From the NCBI GenBank assembly GCA_964436825.1, contig CAYTEO010000001.1, positions 9,035 to 73,034 on the forward strand: a DNA stretch of 64,000 nucleotides, written 5' to 3'. Position numbers and translations under genes: made by a program. This document shows positions 54,626-61,911 of this stretch, piece by piece. Below the pieces are notes generated by a model that worked only from the letters and a program-made list of their open reading frames with translations, ran no database searches and was not told the origin of the DNA. Source of the stretch: an uncultured Fibrobacteraceae bacterium (GTDB taxonomy: Bacteria; Krumholzibacteriota; Krumholzibacteriia; LZORAL124-64-63). Each line of letters starts with the position of its first letter. Position 1 is the first letter of the stretch.

Positions 54626-55752
54626 CCGCCAACCTCCCACTCGCCGGCCACGACCTGGTCGAACAGCGCCAGCGACTCCCGCGCGCAGCGCTCCCAGCTG
54701 AAGCGCTCGGACCACCGGCGCGCCTGCCCGCTCATCCTTCGCCACCGGTCGCTGTCGCGCAGCAGCGCCAGGGCGGCCCCGGCCATCGCCTCCGGGTCTC
54801 CGTAGGGTACCAGCATGCCGGTCTCCCCGTCGCGGACCGAGTCGCGCAGGCCGGGACTGTCGGCGGCCACGGTCGGCAGGCCGCAGCAGGCCGCCTCGAT
54901 GACGGTCAATCCCCACCCCTCCTTGGGACTGGGGTTGAGGAACAGCCTGGCGCGGTGGAGGATTCCCACCAGCTCCTCCCACGGGAGATGGCCGGGGAAG
55001 ACGACCGCGTCCTGCAGGCCGAGCTTCCGGACGAGCTTTTCCAGGCGGGGGCGGTCGGGGCCGCGGCCCATGACCAGCAGCCGCGCGCCGGGTATCTCGC
55101 GCCGGACGAGCGCGAAGGCCCGGATCGCCACATCGACGCTCTTGTAGCGCCGCAGCCGGCTCCAGGAGACCAGCAGCGGCGGCTCGTCCCGGGGCGGCGG
55201 ATCGGCCAGGCGGAAGCGGTCGTGATCCATGCCGCAGTAGACGGTCCGGATCCGCTCGGGCGGCAGGCCGCGCCGGATCAGGTCGCCCCGGGTCGAGGGG
55301 CTGATCACCTCGAAGGCCACCTTGCGGTAGACGGCCGGGATGAGCTGTTCGGCCGCCCAGACGTAGGTCCCCACCACCGGGTTGGTCTCCCGGTAGACGG
55401 TCGTGCCGAACAGGTGGGGAACGACCGCCAGCACAGGCACCCCCGCCGCGTAGAGGGGGGTGTAGAACGGGATCTTGTTGATGTCCTCGAGCAGCAGGTC
55501 GTAGCGCCGCTCCCGCAGCAGGCGCCGCACCACGCCGGGCAGGACCAGGTTGGCGACGGCCCAGTGGCCGCGGCGGTGGATCCGGATCCCGTCGATCTCG
55601 TCGCGGGCCGGCGCCCCCGCGTAGGCCGAGACGACCAGGTCCACCTCGTGGCCCGCCGCCACGGCCCCCTTGAGGATCTCGTGCAGGTGGAGCTCGGCGC
55701 CGCCGCCCAGCGGATCGCCGATGTCGCGCCAGTTGACCGCCAGGATCCGCAC
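54622..55752 (-). CDS. GT4-family (GT-B) glycosyltransferase.
   Basis: N-terminal GGAE motif and C-terminal EGWGLTVIEAACCGLPTVAADSPGLRDSV (E-x7-E) motif. Confidence 0.8.
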   Translation of the reverse strand: MRILAVNWRDIGDPLGGGAELHLHEILKGAVAAGHEVDLVVSAYAGAPARDEIDGIRIHRRGHWAVANLVLPGVVRRLLRERRYDLLLEDINKIPFYTPLYAAGVPVLAVVPHLFGTTVYRETNPVVGTYVWAAEQLIPAVYRKVAFEVISPSTRGDLIRRGLPPERIRTVYCGMDHDRFRLADPPPRDEPPLLVSWSRLRRYKSVDVAIRAFALVRREIPGARLLVMGRGPDRPRLEKLVRKLGLQDAVVFPGHLPWEELVGILHRARLFLNPSPKEGWGLTVIEAACCGLPTVAADSPGLRDSVRDGETGMLVPYGDPEAMAGAALALLRDSDRWRRMSGQARRWSERFSWERCARESLALFDQVVAGEWEVGG

Positions 55753-55756
55753 GCTG

Positions 55757-56542
55757 TCACTTCCGTTCCGGTTTGCGCACGATCACACCGATCGTCATCG
55801 TCGTGTACAGGGCCCAGCGCCGCTCGCGCCAGCGCTCCCGCAGCCGCGCCAGCAGGCGGCCCAGCGGCGGGACGGGATCGGGATACATGGGCAGCCGCAC
55901 CCCCAGCCTGGTCAGCAGGACCTTGCGCAGGGCCCGGTACCAGAGCCCGGGCACCATCCAGTCGCCGTAGGTGCGGACGACCTCGCCGCCGGCCTGGCGG
56001 CAGACCCTCTCCAGTCGACCCGGCGTGAACTGGGTCTCCCAGCCGGCGAACCAGCGTCCCGCGGCGATCAGCGCCTTCTTGCCCACCGTGTAGTAGTGGA
56101 AGGTCTGCGGCACGTCGACCAGCAGGTAGCCCCCCGGCTTGAGCACGCGCAGGTCCTCCCGCAGCAGCGGCAGCGGGTCGCGGAAGTGCTCCAGCAGCCC
56201 CTGGTGGAAGACGATGTCGAAGGTGTCGTCGGGGAACGGCTTGTGCAACGCGTCGCCCCCGACCGGGGCCACCGCCACACCCGCCGCGTCCGCGGCCTGC
56301 AGCGTCAGGGACAGGGAACCGGGGACGTAGTCGAGGGTCGCCACCCGCGCACCGGCGCTGGCCAGGGCGACGGCGTCACGGCCGCTGCCGGCCCCCACCT
56401 CCAGGACCCGCCGGCCGGCGGGATCGCCCAGGGCGAACAGCTCCCTGACGATCCGCCCGTCGTTGCCGTAGACGTCGTCCAGGTTCAGGGCGTCGGCCTG
56501 CTCCCAGAACCGCTGCCAGTGCTCCCGGGTGGCCCGTTTCAC
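55757..56542 (-). CDS. Class I SAM-dependent methyltransferase.
   Basis: VLEVGAGSGRDAVALA motif I and LKPGGYLLV post-II motif. Confidence 0.75.
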   Translation of the reverse strand: MKRATREHWQRFWEQADALNLDDVYGNDGRIVRELFALGDPAGRRVLEVGAGSGRDAVALASAGARVATLDYVPGSLSLTLQAADAAGVAVAPVGGDALHKPFPDDTFDIVFHQGLLEHFRDPLPLLREDLRVLKPGGYLLVDVPQTFHYYTVGKKALIAAGRWFAGWETQFTPGRLERVCRQAGGEVVRTYGDWMVPGLWYRALRKVLLTRLGVRLPMYPDPVPPLGRLLARLRERWRERRWALYTTMTIGVIVRKPERK

Positions 56543-57009
56543 GAGGTGCCCCCGTCGGTATCGGACTCCTCCGGCTCCGCGGCCGCGGCAGGTGCCGCGC
56601 CCTGCGACGTCGCCTCGCGGGCGACCCGGTCCAGGAGCCCGTTGACGAAGCCGACCGCCTCGTCGCTGCAGTAGAGACGGGCCAGCTCGCAGGCCTCGTT
56701 GATGACGACCGCCGGCGGCACGTCGGGACGGTAGGTCAGCTCCGCCAGGGCGAGACGGAGGATGGCCCTCTCGACGACACCGACCCGGGACGGGTCCCAG
56801 TGCTCCAGCAGGCTGTCGAGCCGCCGGTCCAGCTCCTCGCGGTGGCGGTCGATGAGATCGGCCAGCGGACGGACGAACTCGGCCGTCTCGGGCGCCGAGC
56901 CGCGCCGCTCGAGCTGGTCGTCGACACAGTCCTGCAGCGGGTTGCCGCTCAGAGCGGCGGCGTAGAGGGCCTGGACGAGCAGCTCCCGCCCCTTGCGGCG
57001 TCTACCCAA
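56539..57009 (-). CDS. nusB: Transcription antitermination factor NusB.
   Basis: RELLVQALYAAAL...DRVGVVERAILRLALAEL NusB fold. Located downstream of ribH as in many genomes. Confidence 0.8.
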   Translation of the reverse strand: MGRRRKGRELLVQALYAAALSGNPLQDCVDDQLERRGSAPETAEFVRPLADLIDRHREELDRRLDSLLEHWDPSRVGVVERAILRLALAELTYRPDVPPAVVINEACELARLYCSDEAVGFVNGLLDRVAREATSQGAAPAAAAEPEESDTDGGTS

Positions 57010-57487
57010 GGTCTTCTCCCGCGTCGATGCTGCGCCAGAGGTCGATCATCTCCAGGGCGGCCAGGGCGGCGTCGAAGCCCTTGTTGCCGGCCTTGGTCCC
57101 GGCGCGCTCGATGGCCTGGTCCAGGGTCTCGGCGGTGATGATCCCGAACGTGACCGGCACCTCGCTCTCCAGGGCCACCTGGGCCACGCCCTTGGTGACC
57201 TCGGCCGCGATGAGCTGGAAGTGGGGCGTGTCCCCCTGGATGAGACAGCCCAGGCAGACGACCGCGGCGTAGCGGCCGCTGCGGGCCAGCCGGCGGGCGG
57301 CCTGGGGGATCTCGAAGCTGCCCGGCACCCAGGCCACGTCGATGTCGTCGGCGGCGACGCCGTGGCGCTCCAGGCAGTCGCGGGCGCCGGCCAGCAGCTC
57401 GCGCGTGATGAACTCGTTGAACCGGCTGCCGACCAGCGCGATGCGCCGGCCGCCGGCGTCGAAGCGTCCCGAGAAGGTCCTACCCAT
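57002..57487 (-). CDS. ribH: 6,7-dimethyl-8-ribityllumazine synthase.
   Basis: [14 protein letters not shown]...[11 protein letters not shown]...GDTPHF motifs. Start at MGRTFSG. Confidence 0.85.
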   Translation of the reverse strand: MGRTFSGRFDAGGRRIALVGSRFNEFITRELLAGARDCLERHGVAADDIDVAWVPGSFEIPQAARRLARSGRYAAVVCLGCLIQGDTPHFQLIAAEVTKGVAQVALESEVPVTFGIITAETLDQAIERAGTKAGNKGFDAALAALEMIDLWRSIDAGEDLG

Positions 57488-58748
57488 CGGCTTCTCCTCC
57501 GTTGCGGCCCCCGGCCGGGGCGGTCTCACCGTCGAGATGCTCCAGCAGGTGACCCATCTTCTGCTTCTTCGTCACCAGGTAGCGGTAGTTGCGCACGTTG
57601 GGCCGGACCTCCAGGGGGACGCGGCCCACCAGTTCCAGCCCGTAGCCGGCCAGGCCGACCAGTTTGCGCGGATTGTTCGTCATCAGCAAGAGGCGACGCA
57701 CGCCGAGGTCGCGCAGGATCTGGGCGCCGATCCCGTACTCGCGCAGGTCGTCCCCGAAGCCGAGGCGGTGGTTGGCCTCGACGGTGTCGTACCCCTCGTC
57801 CTGCAGCTGGTAGGCCTTGAGCTTGTTGATCAGGCCGATCCCGCGCCCCTCCTGCCGCATGTAGAGCAGGACCCCCTTGCCCTCCCGCTCGATGGTCCCC
57901 AGGGCGGCCTCCAGCTGCTCGCCGCAGTCGCAGCGCAGGGAGTGGAACAGGTCGCCGGTCATGCACTCGGAGTGGACCCGCACCAGCGTCGGCTCCTCAG
58001 GGGTGATCGTCCCCTTGACCAGGGCCACGTGCTGGGCGTCGTCCACGGTGGTCGTGTAGGCGACCATGGTGAACTCGCCGAAGCGCGTGGGCAGGGCGAC
58101 CTCCACCTCGCGGCGGACGAGCTTCTCGTGGGCGCGCCGGTAGGCGATCAGGTCGGAGATGCTGACCAGCCGCAGACCGAAGGTATCGGCGATCTGGCGC
58201 AGGCGCGGCAGGCGCGCCATGGACCCGTCCTCGTCCATGATCTCGCAGAGCAGGCCGGTGGGCTGCAGGCCGGCCAGGCGGCAGAGATCCACGGCCGCCT
58301 CGGTGTGGCCGGCACGCTTGAGCACCCCGCCGGGACGGGCCTCCAGGGGAAAGACGTGCCCCGGCCGGACCAGGTCCTCGGGGCGGGTCTGCGGGTCGGC
58401 GAACAGGGCCACCGTGCGGGCCCGGTCCTGGGCGGAGATGCCGGTCGTCACGCCGTCGGCGGCGTCGACCGAGACGGTGAAGTGGGTCCGCAGCCGCGCC
58501 TCGTTGCGGGCGACCATGGGCGGCAGGTCCAGCTCGCGCGCCCGCTCCGGGGTGACGGCCACGCAGATCAGGCCGCGGCCGTGCTTGCTGATGAAGTTGA
58601 TGGCCTCGGGGGTGACGGTTTCCGACGGGAGGATGAAGTCGCCCTCGTTCTCCCGGTCGGCATCGTCCACGACGATGATCATCTCCCCGCGGCGCAGGGC
58701 CGCCAGGGCCTCGTCGATGGAATCCAGCCGGACCTCGCGCTCGCTCAT
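57480..58748 (-). CDS. ribBA: Bifunctional 3,4-dihydroxy-2-butanone-4-phosphate synthase / GTP cyclohydrolase II.
   Basis: DRENEGD (RibB) and the CxC...C zinc site plus [10 protein letters not shown] (RibA). Confidence 0.9.
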   Translation of the reverse strand: MSEREVRLDSIDEALAALRRGEMIIVVDDADRENEGDFILPSETVTPEAINFISKHGRGLICVAVTPERARELDLPPMVARNEARLRTHFTVSVDAADGVTTGISAQDRARTVALFADPQTRPEDLVRPGHVFPLEARPGGVLKRAGHTEAAVDLCRLAGLQPTGLLCEIMDEDGSMARLPRLRQIADTFGLRLVSISDLIAYRRAHEKLVRREVEVALPTRFGEFTMVAYTTTVDDAQHVALVKGTITPEEPTLVRVHSECMTGDLFHSLRCDCGEQLEAALGTIEREGKGVLLYMRQEGRGIGLINKLKAYQLQDEGYDTVEANHRLGFGDDLREYGIGAQILRDLGVRRLLLMTNNPRKLVGLAGYGLELVGRVPLEVRPNVRNYRYLVTKKQKMGHLLEHLDGETAPAGGRNGGEADG

Positions 58749-58783
58749 CGTCCTGTCCTTTCCCGCGCCGTGCGCGGTGGATC

Positions 58784-59452
58784 TCAGCGCCGTCCCCCGC
58801 CCCAGCCGCGGAAGAGGATGCCGTCGATGGTCAGCGGTCCGCCGGGTCGGCCGCCGGGATCTCCACCGGCGCCGTCGCGGCGGGTCAGCAGGTCGGTCTC
58901 GATGTTCACGGCCTCGCCCGGCCGCAGCGTCCCCAGCTTGGTGGCGCGCTGCGTCTCGGGGATGACCGCCACCGTGAAGCGGTCCGGACCCGGCAGCTCG
59001 GCCACGGTCAGGCTGACCCCGTCCACGGCCACCGACCCCTGTGGCACCAGTCGCCGCGCCAGCTCCCGCGGCAGGCGGAACGTGAGCCGCAGGGCGTCGC
59101 CCTCCCGGCGCCTGGTGACCAGCCTGGCCGTTCCTTCCACGTGGCCGCTGACGATATGGCCGCCCAGGGGGTCGCCGGCACGCACGGCCGGCTCCAGGTG
59201 GACCCGCCGTCCGACGCGCCAGCTGCCCAGGGTCGTCAGGCGGCGGGTCTGGGCGACGGCCTCCACGACGACCTGGTCGCCGCGCCGGTCGGTGACCGTC
59301 AGGCAGATGCCGTCCACGGCCAGGCTGTCGCCCACGGCCAGCTCGCCGGCCACCGCGGGCGCGGCGATGGCCAGGGCGGTCACGCCGCGACGGCGGCGTA
59401 CCTGGCGGAGCGTGCCGATCTCGCGCACCAGGCCGGTGAACATCACGTCCCT
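58784..59452 (-). CDS. ribE: Riboflavin synthase alpha chain.
   Basis: [10 protein letters not shown] start. Duplicated lumazine-binding halves ([13 protein letters not shown] / [12 protein letters not shown]). AGGAGG RBS. Confidence 0.85.
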   Translation of the reverse strand, partial: RDVMFTGLVREIGTLRQVRRRRGVTALAIAAPAVAGELAVGDSLAVDGICLTVTDRRGDQVVVEAVAQTRRLTTLGSWRVGRRVHLEPAVRAGDPLGGHIVSGHVEGTARLVTRRREGDALRLTFRLPRELARRLVPQGSVAVDGVSLTVAELPGPDRFTVAVIPETQRATKLGTLRPGEAVNIETDLLTRRDGAGGDPGGRPGGPLTIDGILFRGWGGGRR

Positions 59453-60564
59453 CCTTCCGGGGCCCGGGTCAGCGCGTCGCGCGCGGCGGCGAAGGAGCGG
59501 CGGTCCCAGACCTGGCACCCGTCGGCGCCGAAGCGGACGGTCCGGGTCAGGTGGAACCGCTCTTGCGGGGCCGCGAACGCCGGCCAGCCGGGCCCGTCGC
59601 CCAGGACCACCGGCGCGGTGAACCGCAGCCAGCGGTCCACGCAGCCGGCGGCGAGCCAAGCGGCGGCCAGGCGCGGACCGGCCTCCAGCAGGATGGTATG
59701 CCAGCCGCGGTCGGCGGCCCGCCGCAGAAGGTCGCGCGGGTCGACGCCGTCCGAGGCGGTGGCGCAGGGAACGACCTCGGCGCTCGCGGACAGTGAGTCG
59801 TCGGTCAGGGGCGCGAAGACGACGTGCCGGTCCTCGCGCCAGCCCGCGACCCGGCTCGTGGCACCGGTGACCACGGCCGGCAACGGGTCCTCGGCCGGAC
59901 AGTCGTCGGCGTCGGCGGCCAGGCGACCGTCCAGGCGCGGCCGGTCGCGACGGGCCGTCTCGCCCCCCACCAGCACCAGGTCGTGCCACCGCCGTAGCCT
60001 GTGCACCTCGCGGCGGGCCGGCTCGCCGGTCAGGTAGAACGGCGCGCCGTCAGGGCCCGCGGCGGGGGCGAAACGCTCGTCCAGGCTGGTGGCGGTCTTC
60101 AGGGTGACGAACGGACGGGCGAACCCGTCGGTGGCGGCAAACGGCCAGATCAGCTCCAGGCAGCCGCGGGCCAGCACGCCCACGGTCACGTCGATCCCGC
60201 GATTGCGCAGCAGTTCCAGGCCGCCCCCGGGGACGTGCGGGTTGGGGTCGCGCACGCCGACGACCACGCGCGCCACGCCGCAGTCCGCCACCAGCGGGGC
60301 GCAGGGCGGGGTCCGGCCCTGGTGGTTGCACGGCTCGAGGGTGACGTAGAGGGTGGCGCCGCGGGCGCGCTCGCCGGCCTCCTGCAGGGCCAGCCGCTCG
60401 GCGTGGGGCGTACCTGGACCGTGGTGGACGCCGCGGCCGACGATCTCCCCGTCGCGCACCACGACCGCGCCGACGGGCGGGTTGGGCCACGTGCGACACG
60501 GCACCGCCTGGGCCAGGCGGTGGGCGATGGCCATGAAATGGGTATCGCTGCGTCCGTGGGCCAT
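59443..60564 (-). CDS. ribD: Bifunctional diaminohydroxyphosphoribosylaminopyrimidine deaminase / 5-amino-6-(5-phosphoribosylamino)uracil reductase.
   Basis: HAERLAL...[14 protein letters not shown] deaminase zinc motif plus a C-terminal reductase domain. Start MAHGRSD with an AAGGA RBS. Confidence 0.85.
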   Translation of the reverse strand: MAHGRSDTHFMAIAHRLAQAVPCRTWPNPPVGAVVVRDGEIVGRGVHHGPGTPHAERLALQEAGERARGATLYVTLEPCNHQGRTPPCAPLVADCGVARVVVGVRDPNPHVPGGGLELLRNRGIDVTVGVLARGCLELIWPFAATDGFARPFVTLKTATSLDERFAPAAGPDGAPFYLTGEPARREVHRLRRWHDLVLVGGETARRDRPRLDGRLAADADDCPAEDPLPAVVTGATSRVAGWREDRHVVFAPLTDDSLSASAEVVPCATASDGVDPRDLLRRAADRGWHTILLEAGPRLAAAWLAAGCVDRWLRFTAPVVLGDGPGWPAFAAPQERFHLTRTVRFGADGCQVWDRRSFAAARDALTRAPEGGT

Positions 60565-60654
60565 CCCGGTGTCCGTCCTTAGGCGGGGCGCAGGGGACGG
60601 CAGGCGCAGCCGCGGGACACGACGGTCCCGCCGCGGGTGCGGCGTCGCGGGCGC

Positions 60655-60780
60655 CCAACTCCTCCCGTCCAGACTCTCACTGTCGGCCCCGGGATTCCAC
60701 CGGGTCTGCCGGGCCGCCAGGGCCAGGCTCGCGGGCTGTGACCGCCGGTGGGGACTTCCACCCCGCCCCGAAGTTGAGCT
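60655..60780 (-). ncRNA. FMN riboswitch (RFN element) in the ribD leader.
   Basis: Minus-strand sequence cuucGGGGCGGGGUGGAAGUCCCCACCGGCGGUcacAGCCCGCGAGC...GGCAGACCCGGUGGAAUCCCGGGGCCGACAGUGAGAGUCUGGACGGGAGGAG matches the conserved RFN core blocks. A GC-rich hairpin follows, then the ribD RBS. Confidence 0.75.
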
Positions 60781-60860
60781 TGTCGTCACGCCGCCCCGTC
60801 GAGGGCGGCGATTCCAACCTAGCGGCCCCGTCCGGTACTGTCAAGGCGACCGTCGGCCGG

Positions 60861-61910
60861 TCAGGAGGCCCCCTCGTCGCCCGTCTCCCTGTCGAACAGC
60901 GCCGCCGCGAACTCCTCCGGATCGAACTCGGCCAGATCGTCCGCCTGCTCGCCGACCCCGACGTACCGGACCGGCAGGCCCAGGGTCTCGGCGATGGCGA
61001 CGACGATCCCGCCGCGGGCCGTCCCGTCCAGCTTGGTCAGGATCAGGCCGTCGACCGGGACGGTCCGGGTGAAGACAGCGGCCTGCTGCAGGCCGTTCTG
61101 GCCGGTGTTGGCGTCGACCACCAGCAGGGTCTCCGGGTTGCGGCCGGTGCGGCGGCGGATGACCCGGGCCATCTTGCCCAGCTCCTCCATGAGGTTGGTC
61201 TTGGTGTGCAGCCGGCCGGCCGTGTCGACGATGACGATGTCGTGCCCCCGGGCGGCAGCGGCCGAGAGAGCGTCGTGGACCACCGCTGCGGGATCGGCGC
61301 CCTGTCCCTGCTGGACGCAGTCCACCCCGACCCGGTCGGCCCAGATGCGCAGCTGCTCGACGGCCGCGGCGCGGAAGGTGTCGGCGGCGGCCAGCAGGAC
61401 GCGGTGCCCCTCCTGCGTGAAGCGGTGGGCCAGCTTGGCGATGCTGGTCGTCTTGCCGGTCCCGTTGACCCCGACCACGAACAGGACCCGCGGGGCGGTA
61501 TCCGGGTCCGGCGCGTCAGCCGGCGGCGCCTGCTCCGCGGCCTCCTTCTTCCCCTTGCGGCCCCTTTTCTTCTTCTTGCCGCCGCCGTCGAGCAGCTGGT
61601 CCCAGTCGCGGGTCTCCACGCCGCGGGGCTTCGCCTCGCGCAGGGTGCGCACGATGTCGCTGCGGATGACCTCGAGGACCGAGTCGAGGGTCGCCTCCCC
61701 CCCCTCCTCCTTCAGGCGCTTCTCGATGGAGCGGGTGATCCGGGTGCTGGCCGCCACGCCCAGGTCGGCCTGGATCAGCAGTTCCTCGATCTGGTCCAGG
61801 GTCTCCGGCGACAGCTTCACCCGGCCGCCGAAGATGCTGCCGAGGCGTCCCAGCAGCCCGCGCCTGGTCTTGCCGATCCCCTGCTTCAGTCGCGAGAGAG
61901 CGTTCCACAT
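60861..61910 (-). CDS. ftsY: Signal recognition particle receptor FtsY.
   Basis: Lys-rich linker, then an NG domain with GVNGTGKTT, DTAGR and TKLDGTARGG motifs. Confidence 0.9.
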   Translation of the reverse strand: MWNALSRLKQGIGKTRRGLLGRLGSIFGGRVKLSPETLDQIEELLIQADLGVAASTRITRSIEKRLKEEGGEATLDSVLEVIRSDIVRTLREAKPRGVETRDWDQLLDGGGKKKKRGRKGKKEAAEQAPPADAPDPDTAPRVLFVVGVNGTGKTTSIAKLAHRFTQEGHRVLLAAADTFRAAAVEQLRIWADRVGVDCVQQGQGADPAAVVHDALSAAAARGHDIVIVDTAGRLHTKTNLMEELGKMARVIRRRTGRNPETLLVVDANTGQNGLQQAAVFTRTVPVDGLILTKLDGTARGGIVVAIAETLGLPVRYVGVGEQADDLAEFDPEEFAAALFDRETGDEGAS

Positions 61911-61911
61911 G

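Noticed and set aside
53556-54805. ORFs 53556..54632(-) and 53609..54805(+) overlapping the UPF0104 gene.
   Set aside because: Low-complexity artifacts. The chosen frame has 8 hydrophobic helices and the family motif.
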